64,000 nucleotides of DNA from Eledone cirrhosa (lineage: Eukaryota), in the NCBI GenBank assembly GCA_964016885.1, contig OZ024740.1:94488001-94552000 (forward strand), written 5' to 3'. Below, in pieces: positions 1-12,064 of this stretch (within the stretch, counting starts at the first letter, position 1; each line of letters starts with the position of its first letter). A model generated the notes under the pieces. It had not been told where the DNA came from. It saw nothing but the letters and a program-made list of their open reading frames with translations, and searched no databases. The translations under genes were made by a program, and so were the position numbers.

Positions 1-1790
1 ACTGGAGTAGGCCACAGACTGTGAGATGGCGGGCGGAGTGTCCAGGGCCACCAAAGTGGCGGGCGATGGGGGAACTGCCCCCGAGACGAATATCCCGGAG
101 GTGCTCCGTGAGTCGGTCCGCCAGGCGACGTCCCGTCTGTCCGACATAAGTCGCGCTGCACTCCGTGCAACGAAGTCCGTAGACTAGGTTGGAGGATGTG
201 CAGCGGAAGGCATGCCGGACCGAGAGAGAGTGGCCGTTGGGACCCTGGAAGATGGTGGTGTTGGTGATGTGGGGACAGGTGTTGCAGCGGGGCCTAGAAC
301 AGGGGAAAGAACCGGGGGGGAACCGGAGCATGGCTTGGGGGGTAGGGACCTGTGGACGAGGAGGGTGCGGGGATTGCGTGCGCGTTTGAAGGAGGGGAGT
401 GGTGGGGTTGGGAAGATGTGGGAGGTGGAGGGGTCGGACTGGAGGCGTCGGAAGAGGCGGCGGATGGTGCGGTGGAGGGGTAAGGTGGAGGGGTGGTAGG
501 TGATGGGGAAGGGGAGACGGTGGGTGGGTGTGCGGTGGCGTGGGGTGAGGGTGGTGGAGCGGGGGATAGCACGGTTGCGGGTGAGAGCGGTGTAGACGAG
601 AGAGGGGGGTAACCTCTGCGGATGAAATGGCTGACTAGGGAGAAGGGCCTGGGACTCGAAGTCAGCATCACGGCTACAGAGGCGGCGGATCCTGAGAAGT
701 TGGGAGTAGGGAATGGAGAGTTTAGTGTGGGTGGGATGGGAAGAGGTGAAGTCGAGGTAAGAGTGGGAGTCGGTGGGTTTGAAGAAGGCGGAGGTTACGA
801 GGGAGTGGTGGGAGGGGTCGAAGGCGACGGAGATGTCTAAGAAGTGGACGTGGGTGGTGAAGATAGAGGTGGTGAAGTGGAGGGAGTGGTGGAAGGAGCA
901 GAAGAAGGAGAGAAAGGAGTCGAGCTGTACTCGGGTGAGGGTCGTGGCTCCGATACAGTCGTCAATGTAACGACCGTACAGTTCGGGCGTGGGGCCCGTG
1001 TACTGGGCAAAGATTTGGGCCTCAACATGACCAACAAAAAGGTTGGCATAGTTCGGGCCCATTCTTGTACCCATGGCTACCCCCGTGACCTGTTGGTAAA
1101 ACTCACCCAAGAAGGAGAAAGAATTTAGGGTGAGGACCAGCTCGGCGAGGCGAAGGAGGGTGGGGGTGGATGGAATGGGGGAGGGGCGAAGGTCGAGGTA
1201 GTGTTTTAGGGCGCGAAGGCCGTCGGCGTGGGGGATGACGGTATAGAGGGACTTGATGTCTAGGGTGAAGAGGAATGGGTGAGGGCCGGGTAGGTAGGTG
1301 AAGGAGTCGAAAAGGCGCAGGGCGTGGTTGGTGTCGGAGATGTGGGAGGGGAGGGTGGTGACAAAGGGGGCGAGGAGGGAGTCGAGAAAGGCGGAGATGA
1401 GTTCGGTGGGGCAGTTGCAAGCGGAGACGATAGGGCTGTCGTGGTTGTCGGGTTTGTGGAGTTTGGGGAGGAGGTAGATGGTGGGGGTGCGGGGGGTGCG
1501 GACGATGAGGTGGGAAGCGGTGGGGTGGAGGAGGGAGGAGGCGATAAGGTCTTTGATGGTGGAGGAGACTTGTTGTTGGTAGAGGGGGGTGTGATCGGAG
1601 GGTAGAGGGCGGTAAAAGAGGGGGTTACAGAGCTGCCTGAGGGCTTCGGCCGTGTAGAGGTCCGCGCGCCATACCACCACGGCGCCTCCCTTGTCCGCCG
1701 GTTTGATGACGATGTCATCTCGGCTACGGAGGGAGCGGAGAGCGAGGAGTTCGCCCCGTGAGATGTTGTGCCGTTTGGAACGGTCTGTGT
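1..1790 (-). mobile_element. GC-rich Penelope-like element (Neptune-like), RT plus frameshifted GIY-YIG; runs off the window start
   Basis: ORF 184..1680 has PLE RT motifs (LLPKLHKP, LDIKSLYT, GVAMGTRMGP, RYIDD, FLDI, KPTDSHSYLDFTSSHP). The minus strand of 1-185 reads YGLRCTECSATYVGQTGRRLADRLTEH, a GIY-YIG signature. Confidence 0.93.
184..1680 (-). pseudogene. PLE reverse transcriptase (frameshifted C-terminally)
   Basis: The RT motifs above are intact; the frame is lost after RRLCSRDADF. Confidence 0.9.
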
Positions 1791-2696
1791 GAAGTGTTAA
1801 AGTATTGGTTGATATATTTAATATTTAACAATGCCATTTCTTTATCTATTTATATATTTAATTATTGTCTATTACCGGTTTCTGCATTTATATGTTGTAT
1901 CAGATGATAGTGAAATGTATTAGCGTGGTGTCACACATGTTAAAGAGAAAGTGCAGAAAGAATAATGTTATATACGAACAAGGTTTAAGAAGTGAAAAGA
2001 AAAAAAGAAAAAGGAAAAAATAACGTGCATAATGTGGAACCTAAAAAGTCAATGTGGAAGAAAAAATAATAATGTTATTTACAAGCACAGTCATTGAAGT
2101 TAAGCAGTTCAAATTGTGTTAATATCGTAAGAGTGCTTAGTTGAACCATGGTTCCGTGAAGGAGGCAAATGGTGGACTGGGTCTTGATATGATTTCCCTT
2201 TTTAGAGAGTTAATATGCAGTGGGAAGCAATTATTGCTGGGTGATATTTAATTTATTTAAGAAAAAGGATTAGGTAGGATGTGAGGGAGCTAATTCTTGT
2301 AAATGTTTGATGGTTTGTTGCAATTTTAGATTGGACCGAATTTTAGGGCATTGAGTAGTGGTTGAAATTTATTAATGACATGTGTTTCCTTATTGGAGCT
2401 TTGGATGAAAGTAGCGTTGTTGATGAATTTTAAAGTTTGGATGTTGGTTAAGAGCACAATTGGTGATATGTTCACTAAATGCAATCTTTCTGTATTCCTG
2501 TATTTTGATTTGTGATTTATGGACGGACATACGTTGACGGAGGCTGTTTTTTGTATATCCTATATAGTGCTTTGACAACCTGAGCAGGTGAAAATATAGA
2601 TAAGGTTTACAGATGCACATGTAAAGTTGTGTTTAACTGTTAAACATTGTCCTTGTTTAAAATGAAATGATGATCTTTCTATTAGATTTATGCATT
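1791..2696 (-). mobile_element. AT-rich PLE 3' fragment (degenerate GIY-YIG plus 3' region)
   Basis: ORF 2390..2620 reads HYIGYTKNSLRQRMSVHKSQIK. Segment ~1790-1990 recurs at ~6345-6590. Confidence 0.8.
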
Positions 2697-3236
2697 TTGT
2701 CCTAGACATCAAGTCCCTCTATACCGTCATCCCCCACGCCGACGGCCTTCGCACCCTAAAACACTACCTCGACCTTCGCCCCTCCCCCATTCCCCCCCTC
2801 TCTCCTTCGCCTCGCCGAGCTGGTCCTCACCCTAAATTATTTCTCCTTCTCGGGTGAGTTTTACCAACAGGTCACGGGGGTAGCCATGGGCACAAGAATG
2901 GGCCCGAACTATGCCAACCTCTTTGTTGGCCATGTTGAGGCCCAAATCTTTGCCCACGGAGTGCAGCGCGACTTATGTCGGACAGACGGGACGTCGCCTA
3001 GCGGACCGAGTCACGGAGCACCTCCAGGTAATTCGTCTCGGGGCAGTTCCCCCATCGCCCGCCACTTTGGTGGCCCTGGACACTCCGCACACCATCTCAC
3101 AGTCTGTGGCCTACTCCAATGCCATGGAACACCCGCCCATCGCCTTACGGTCGAACAACGCACTATCTTCATCTTACAGACCCACACTCCCCCCGGCTTG
3201 AACTCCCCACCCTTATTCCTTTAGCGTTCTCCTACT
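2697..3236 (+). mobile_element. Internally deleted, inverted copy of the GC-rich PLE
   Basis: 2700-2956 is the reverse complement of ~1005-1263 and is joined directly to the reverse complement of ~1-166 (ECSATYVGQTGRR). Confidence 0.9.
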
Positions 3237-4098
3237 CAACAAGCAAAAACATAAAACAAAATATAAGTGCCTACAATGCATATAAATGTAAAAAAAACAT
3301 GAATATACCACCATTACATCAAACTAACCATAGTATCTCCTCGGATACAGGATTCACGAAAAGTTGTAACTGTAGAAACAAGGCAAACTGCCCATTAAAA
3401 GGAAATTGCCTTGTTAATAACATAGTATATAAATGTAAAGTTAACACTAAAGACTCAATTTATACATATATAGGGGCTACCTCTAACAAATTTAAGGTAA
3501 GATTTAATACCCACAAACATAGCTTTAAAAATGCAGCACTAGCTAATACAACATCTCTAGCTGAAATAATTAATAATTGTAGAAAGAGGAATATAGATTA
3601 TGACCTAGATATGAAGTGTGCTCAAAAGGGCCACCCCTTATCAAAATAATAGATATGAATGTAGATTATGTTCCCAAAAACTTTTTGAAATAATGAAATC
3701 TAAGGATATCCTATTAAATAAGCGACAGGAATTAATAATATCGTGTAATCACAAACTGAGAAAAACCTTTAAATATTATAAACCTAATTAATATACATCT
3801 TAGAAATTAATATATAAGCTGTTTTTAATTCAGTTAACCTATAATTAATATTCTACTACTGATGAACTACATAATTTTACTTTCCTTCTTACAACTATCA
3901 TTTCCTAAAACTGATACCATTAAGTAAACATATATAATGCTTTAATTTCAGGTTATGACTCTATGTTCCTTGAAATCTATATATATCTATTATAAATTTA
4001 CCCCCCCCCATAATTATATGTATGTGTATGTATGTATATGTGTATATATATATGTATGTATGTGTGTATGTATATGTATATATATATATGTGTGTGTA

Positions 4099-4147
<49 letters not shown>

Positions 4148-4842
4148 TTTATATTCTTTTAATTTCCCCTCATCTTTAACAGCACTCTTCAACTACATCT
4201 AACTCTTATTTATCATATCTATATGCATTAGTATAATTTTATCAATATAAATATACCAATCAATTAAATTAACTTATATTCTTTTCATGGATGTATTTTT
4301 TTCACTAACACTCTTATCCTAAAATTTTAGTCTCCTTAGATATTTGCATTGGCATTACTATTTATAACAGCAACTGTTCGTATACCTTTTACTGACCTGA
4401 CCTATTTTCACCCCTAAAATAACCTTCTCATTCTTCACACTCCATTCAAAACTGAAATCTACCTTCGTCTACCCCTAAAATAAACTTCAATTACTACTAT
4501 TTTACCATTTGGCCAATTATTAACTTTCTATTGGTTAATTCTAAACCTGTTACCAAACAGACAGACTATATCAAATCTTTGTTGGTTATATTCAATGAAC
4601 AAACATAATTATTTCTGAGGTCAGCATACGACCTATTTTCATCCCTAAAATAATCTTTCATTCATAATATTCTTTTCCATCCAAAACTGACATCTACCTT
4701 CCTCTACCCATAAGTTAAGGTTCTTTTACTACTAGATTACTATCTTGACCTTCACTATCTTTCTATTGGTCAATTCAAAACCTGTTCGCAAAGAGACCTA
4801 TTGTATTAAATCTTTGTTTTTTTTCAATAAATAAGTATCATT

Positions 4843-5025
4843 GGTGGATTGGCAGTATCGGTAGAGGGTCGGACGCCATGCTTTCCAGCATAGTTACTTC
4901 CCTTTACGATCTGAGTTCAAATCCCGCCGAGGTCAACATTGCCTTTCATCCTTACGCGGTCGATAAAATATAGTACCAGTAATACACTGGGTAATTGCTG
5001 GCCTTGTGCCTAAAGTAGAAACAAT
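4843..5025 (+). mobile_element. tRNA-derived Meta-domain SINE (octopod OK/OR-like)
   Basis: A-box-like tggcagtatcggtag, B box gagttcaaatccc, Meta-like gcctttcatccttacgcggtcgataaa and an (att) tail; several related copies occur in the window. Confidence 0.88.
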
Positions 5026-5160
5026 TATTTCTGAAGACAGCATATATATGTGTAGGTATGTATATTCCCTCTGATAGTTTGTATACATATGTTACATAGA
5101 TCTATAGAATATGCATACCAACACTAACACATATATATCCTAGAAACGATCGTAAAATGA
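5025..5160 (+). ncRNA. Type-I hammerhead ribozyme with long stem II
   Basis: ttattt-CTGAAGA-[~105-nt imperfect hairpin]-GAAA-cgatcg-TA-aaatga; stem III is the palindrome acgatcgt. Confidence 0.7.
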
Positions 5161-5342
5161 TGAATTTTTTTAATATAAGGAAATGTTTCTTTGTTTATTC
5201 CTTACTTTGACTCTTGACTCTTTTTTCCGTTAATTTTCACCGGAAATGGTTTTTGAATGCATCTTCTCTGTTCATGCTATCCGGATTACATTGACTTCTT
5301 CATACGGATTGGACACTACCGTAATTTTTTGGTAGATTTATC

Positions 5343-5379
<37 letters not shown>

Positions 5380-5804
5380 CTATGTATGGGTTATATCGAA
5401 CACTGATAATACTGTTCGATTCGTCTTTAATCACACGGCACAATTAGAAGAAGTGCCGTGCTGGTGACGGATCAACTCCACTTTTTCAACACTGGTTCTG
5501 AGGAACATTCAACATGTTTCTGTGACATTACGCTATATCAGGACTGTATACAGTAAAAATGATGTATTAAAAAGTGCGCTTAATATTTTATGTATAATAC
5601 TTTATTAACGATACAGGTGCAAATTGTAAGCAAATCATTATCTCCATTCACAGAATAAATACTGAAAGCGAATGTCTATATACAACCTTCAAATGTCTCT
5701 TTCCTTTTGATTGATCGGAGGATTCACGCATCTGATTAGTGAGCATTTATATCTGAAAATCGTTCACAGTTATTGATCCCTTATTTTGTTTTTAGAGGAT
5801 TTTT

Positions 5805-5841
<37 letters not shown>

Positions 5842-6590
5842 AAATTAAATTAAGGTTGTCATGTCTGAGAGACGTGCGCCATATTCACTGCAGAATAGGC
5901 TCAAACTTGTTTATAAAATGCAACACCTGGTTCGAGTCATTCACATATTTGCATTTGATGTGTAAACACTAATGGTTGGATCATCTCATTTGGTGAACAT
6001 CCACGATTTGACCGCTGTGATTTACTGGTTAATTGATGAAGTATATTTTTATTGACAGAAATATATATAAAGGAGATCAATCATTTTAAAAGGTGTCTAT
6101 ATTTGAAGTTCTGGTTAAAATTTAATTGGTTACCTACCTAGCTATGTGTGATTACATACTTTACACATTATTCCCTGAGATTTTTCATGTGTTTCTTTTA
6201 TATATATAATCTACGTCTACTTGATATATATATATATATATATATAAGTGGGGAGAAAAAGACAATTAGGAAGAAAAATATATTTTTTTCCTTATATTTT
6301 TTTCTCTTTTTTGGTTAGAAAATGTTTAAAGCAAAATATTTTACTTTGTGTGAAGTGTTAAGGCATTAGTTAATGTATTTATTAATTAACAATGGCATTT
6401 AGTTATTTATTTATTTTGATATTTAATAATTGTCTATTACCAGTTTCAGCATTTTATCCATTATCAAAGACGGGAATGTGTATTGGTTTAAAATGTTGGT
6501 GATAAAATAATGTGATGTTTAACATGTTAAGGAAATGGGAAAGAATGGATAATATTATTTAAAAACAAGGTATTTACAAACAAGGTATAA

Positions 6591-6642
<52 letters not shown>

Positions 6643-6741
6643 GAAGTAATTCCATCGGAAAAGTCCAGGAAAAAAGAGTGCTCTATGTAAGCAACAGAGC
6701 TTAATTATTATTATTATGTAATAAACAACATAAGGCAATTA

Positions 6742-6801
6742 TTCCATTTACCAGTGGTTTCTTAAAAGCAAAAGGTTTTGCTTTCAATCCTCAGAATGAA
6801 A
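6742..6801 (-). ncRNA. Type-I hammerhead ribozyme
   Basis: Minus strand: tttcatt-CTGAGGA-ttgaaagcaaaa.cc.ttttgcttttaa-GAAA-ccactgg-TA-aatggaa. Confidence 0.85.
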
Positions 6802-6904
6802 AATCCTGGTTTGTTTATTGAATATGGATTCTAAAAACGAAAATGCAATCTATATGAAAGTGAGGCTGGAAAAGGGAGAAGGAAAGGAAAAATAAAATAA
6901 AATA

Positions 6905-7016
6905 AAACTACACATGCAAACACACACAAAAAAACCCAAAAGCATACTTACACACACACACATATATACACATATAATTTGCACGCATACACATATACAC
7001 ATACACATACATATAC

Positions 7017-7057
<41 letters not shown>

Positions 7058-7158
7058 CACATACATACACATATATATATATAAAGAGCGTACACCTACA
7101 CACACATACACATATATATACACACATATACACATACATATATTCATACATACACACG

Positions 7159-7194
<36 letters not shown>

Positions 7195-7703
7195 TATACA
7201 TACACATGTACATATCCATACATATATATATATATATATATATACATATATACACATACATATACACACATATACACATATACATACACACACACACACA
7301 TGTGTGTGTACAAGCCTACACATACACACACACATATATATACACACACATATACATACATTCACACAAACATACAACGTACATACATACATACACATAC
7401 ATGAATGCACTCCACTACATATTAACACACGCAAATAAATATAAGAAAAAAATATATAAATAATATTAACAAATATTTGACAGCGATACATGCCCCAGCT
7501 AACAGGACAGACACGCGTGGTAAGTAATACACACATAAGCGCATATACATACGTTCGAAATAGTAAACACATACACACACTCTCACACATAAATATACAT
7601 ATACAAATACATAAACACGTACATACACATACATACGCAAACACGTACACGTATACAATATAAACACACACATGTATATGTAATTATATACACACACACA
7701 CAC

Positions 7704-7742
<39 letters not shown>

Positions 7743-8022
7743 CATACAAAATATAAAAATATAAACGCACACACACATATAAATACGTAAACACACATAT
7801 ACATACATAGCTAAACAATTATACACATGCAAATACGTATATATCAAAAGAACGCACAACCAAATACAAACACACACACATATATACACACACACACACC
7901 CACACACAAACCCACACATACATAAACATAAATAAAAACACACGCAACATATACATACATACACATACATATACATATATACATATATACATATACATAC
8001 ATATATATACACATACATATAC

Positions 8023-8062
<40 letters not shown>

Positions 8063-8490
8063 ACGTACACATACACACATGCATACACATACACACACAC
8101 ATATACATGTGTGTATGTGTAAAGCTCAGTATTAGATAAGACAAATGAACCTTACATAAACGTATATATAGTAGTAAAGTAATAAAGCCATACAAGGCAA
8201 TTAATCCATTCACCAGAGGTTTCTTAAAAGCAAAAAAAGTTTCCTTCAATCTTCAGAATGAAATATACAAATATATACACACATACAGACACGCACACAC
8301 ACATATATATATATACATATATATATATATATGTACATATATATATATATATATATACAGACATATATACATACACACATATACACACACATACATATAC
8401 ATACATACATACACATATATATACATACACAAACATACACGTACACATATACATATATACACACAAAAATACATACACATACACATAGGT
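6905..8490. repeat. Compound (CA)n/(TA)n/(CATA)n microsatellite field
   Basis: Read directly; it produces the spurious YI/HT/CV ORFs. Confidence 0.95.
8205..8262 (-). ncRNA. Degenerate hammerhead (same family as 6742)
   Basis: Minus strand: ttcatt-CTGAAGA-ttgaagg...cttttaa-GAAA-cctctgg-TG-aatgga. The cleavage triplet is GUG, so it is probably inactive. Confidence 0.65.
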
Positions 8491-8653
8491 ATGTGAAGGG
8501 CAAAACAAAAAGAATATATGGGGTGGGGGGCCTAGAGGAGGTAAAAATATAAAGGGAGGTAAGGGAGAAAAAAATATTTTTTAAAAACAAGAGTACAGAA
8601 GGTAGAAGCAGCAAAATAAAAGCCGTAGCAAAAGTAAAGAGCAGAGAAGGAGT

Positions 8654-9172
8654 TCAAGGCGGTTGATTTATCGTAGGAGTGTCAATCCAGTTACAGATCA
8701 GATGCGATTTCAGATGAGGACAGCATCTGAAGATCTCAGTCTTAGAGTTAAGGCAAGCGGAAGTGTCTCTCAAGTTTAGCAAAATCCTATACTTTTCTGT
8801 GGTACACAAAGAACAATTCTTTGTGCCCCTTTGGTACTCCCTCGAATGGTCTAATATAGACCAATCAATAGAGTACGGGATATTACTATCCTTGAGATCC
8901 CATACCTTACTTGCGAGGGCCGTTGATGTTCGTTTATCTGAGTGTTTAAAAGAAGCGACATGTGAGTAAAATCTGGTTTTAAACCTGTCCTGGGTCATAC
9001 CGACATATCGCTCGCTTCTGGCTGGCTGGTTGTTGATAACTGGCGTTATTTTAGCCTCATAAACGACAGATTTTGTTTTACATTTACCCTGCAATGGGCA
9101 TTCATCCGGCTTCCTGCAACTGCATCCTGGATTTATCCTCGTACGGTTTGAACTGGTGATTTTGGATTTCAT
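8654..9172 (-). pseudogene. PLE GIY-YIG endonuclease domain
   Basis: CSCRKPDECPLQGKC...VVYEAKI...YVGMTQDRFKTRFYSHVASF...CSLCTTEK...CCPH. Confidence 0.9.
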
Positions 9173-9356
9173 GGATGGACAACAAGAGTAGCTGATCTTA
9201 ACTACATTCCTATTAAAAATCTTATAATATCTATGAATAGGAGGAAAATGTTTGTCTAATAGTTCAAGGAATTTCCTTCCTACATTAGTTTTGACATTTA
9301 GAGAGAAGGGGGGTGTGAACCAAATAATCTTCCTTTTCCTGTTATTATGGTTAGTT

Positions 9357-9790
9357 TTAGGGGGGGGGAATAGGTAAATAAGAAATATTTTCTGTAAAAC
9401 CGCTGTTCTTAAGGGCTTTATTATAATAAGGGGCGGCTTTATTAAAAATGTCTATAGACGAAGATAAAGTAGAAATCCTACGGCTAATGTTAGGAATAAG
9501 ATTATTAAAAACTATAGGGGGATGGCAAGACTCTTTGTGTATATACCTAAGATTTTCATTAGGTTTATGATAGGGTTTAAAAGAGGCAGTAAGTAGATCA
9601 AGATTAATATCAAGAAAGTTAGCATTAGTAAGGTTCGTATCTATAGTAATTTTAAGGTTAAGATTAGCAAAGGTACTAATTAAATCTTTACGGAATTTAT
9701 CAAGATTATGGCCATTGGTGGTATGAGAAACTGCTAATCCGTCATCACGGTATAAACCGATATTATGGGACGGAAATTTCTCTTTGAGAA
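9357..9790 (-). pseudogene. PLE RT C-terminal fragment
   Basis: Motifs GLYRDDGLAV, FLDINLDL and YIHKESCHPP. Confidence 0.88.
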
Positions 9791-10132
9791 AGGGTGCCAA
9801 CTTCACCGGCGGATGCATTCATGTATATATGTGTGTGTCCGCATGTATCTGTGTGTTTCTAAATATATTAATAACTCCCTCTGGTCGAGCAATCTTTGAA
9901 GTGTGGGGACAACTGGAAAGCTTCCATTACTCATACTTCTCGCCTTCTTCACTACCTCTTCTACGGCCTCGATATGAATACCCCCTCCGCCTCCGTGGTA
10001 TTTTCTTCGTGGTTATAAGAGGCTTAGCTCTGTTTCTCGACCGTTATGTCGCGTGACTATCTCCCCCTCCGCCTTTTGGGATTCTTTCTCACGTCGTGTA
10101 GACGCGTTCTTGAGACTAGTAACATGAGGTAC

Positions 10133-10218
10133 CCTCTTGATAAGTCGGCAGACCTCGCAAGGACTCTATATCTTTGATATATTGTTTTTGTTTATGCCAC
10201 GAAACTACGTAGTCGAGG
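10133..10218 (+). ncRNA. Type-I hammerhead with U3-A8 variant core
   Basis: cctc-TTGATAA-gt(c)ggca...tgccac-GAAA-ctacgtag-TC-gagg; stem III palindrome actacgtagt; GUC cleavage site. Confidence 0.78.
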
Positions 10219-10288
10219 AATTTAGGAACAGTTTAGGTATGATACATTTTATTACTAATTATATCTAAATGTTTCTTCTCTCTTCATA

Positions 10289-10622
<334 letters not shown>

Positions 10623-10818
10623 ATATATATGTATAGACTAGAACTCAACACCCAATTTATAACTTGATAGACCATCTAGCCCCATACTTACTCCCCCTCC
10701 CACACACACGCACGCTTACACCTCCACTTATTCTCTCTCACACACACAAATCACACACAAAGACCAGTTCTAACACGATAGAACATATATCCCCCACATT
10801 TACGTAGAGACATATCTT

Positions 10819-10871
<53 letters not shown>

Positions 10872-11198
10872 ACACCTTCACGCATTCTCCCACACACTTA
10901 AACAGACATGAACAATACCCCTTTTAAAAGGAGACTACTCTTTATCCACCTAACCTTAACTCTTTGACAGTAGAGCTAGAACATATACTCTATACCATTT
11001 CCTGTCAGCATTACTTGGCAAGCTATTTAGAACACTGGTTTAACCGCTTTACTTCCCTCCGAGGAAGAGATATTATCTCTAAAATTAAGGACATTTAAAT
11101 ACATCTAAGATAAAAGACTAATTGTCAACAATATCTTTTGCATTTGCATTTTTATTCTATGTCCATACTAGCATTGTGTTAGCTTTCCAAATACAAAC

Positions 11199-11247
<49 letters not shown>

Positions 11248-11289
11248 TTCAAATATTAACAAAAATAGAACTTCTTGTGATCAAGGATA

Positions 11290-11352
11290 TGTTATTATAC
11301 ATATTTCAGGGGTACTGAGCTAACTTCAACAGTACCTCCTCATCAGATAAAA
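11290..11352 (-). ncRNA. Type-I hammerhead ribozyme
   Basis: Minus strand: ttttat-CTGATGA-ggaggtactg[ttgaagttagct]cagtacccct-GAAA-tatgta-TA-ataaca, about 50 nt from a (TA)n tract. Confidence 0.82.
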
Positions 11353-12064
11353 TAAGATGATGCATGACATACCCTGACATAGTAGATGGTTAAGACCCAG
11401 TCATGGTAGTGAGTAAGATATGATAACACTCAATATGTATATACCTTAAGACTGGGACATGAAAAAACTTACATATAATACATATAATACAGAGGGTGCC
11501 TGTGAGGAAGCTTACAAATACATAACACCAATTCATATAACTGTTAGAGATTCAAATAATTTAAATTATTGAAGAAAAAGAAAGAAAACAGAAAGACGGA
11601 GAGAAAACAGATGAGTTGATAATATAGCTAGTAGAAGTATAGGGAGCAAAAGATAATTGATCCAGGAAAGAGAGACAAAGAGAGATAATGTTTATGCTCT
11701 AAAACATAGGGAGGGATGAAATATATATATCTATACAGAACTATACATTTGGACATAGCTTCGCGAAAGAGTAAACTCGAATCTTTGAATTATTGAATTA
11801 TCTAGAAGTATTCATCTTATATATAACTGGGTGTAATTATATGAAGGTTAATTTCCAGTCCTTAGTTAATTAGTTGTATATACTATCCAAACGTAACCGG
11901 TTGACCGTTAACTTTCAAATCATTTTAATTAGTTCAGAGTAATGAATTAATGAAAGTGTATAATATTTCAGGCTATAAAAGTTTATAAATATCTGTATTA
12001 ATATTAAAGTATACTATCATATTTAATTCGTAAAATAATATTTCATGAAATCATATTTAAACTA

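Larger units (their letters stand above)
3237..5345 (+). mobile_element. 5'-truncated Penelope-type element: GIY-YIG, 3' region and pseudo-LTR with HHR
   Basis: Translation contains CNCRNKANCPLKGNCLVNNIVYKC...YIGATSNKFKVRFNTHKHSF. The 3' region is homologous to 52900-54003 (minus) and ends at (TA)n. Confidence 0.88.
8560..10255 (-). mobile_element. 5'-truncated Penelope-type element with a probable inverted 5' pseudo-LTR (~9800-10255)
   Basis: RT C-terminus (GLYRDDGL, NFLDINLDL), linker WFTPPFS and a GIY-YIG domain on the minus strand. An opposite-strand HHR segment lies at the 5' end. Confidence 0.88.

Noticed and set aside
3855-3900. Isolated CTGANGA boxes (also ~5498, ~14740, ~18970, ~24670)
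   Set aside because: No properly placed GAAA, stem III and stem I; at best heavily decayed motifs.
4843-4935. tRNA gene
   Set aside because: The A/B boxes belong to the multi-copy SINE head; there is no complete cloverleaf.
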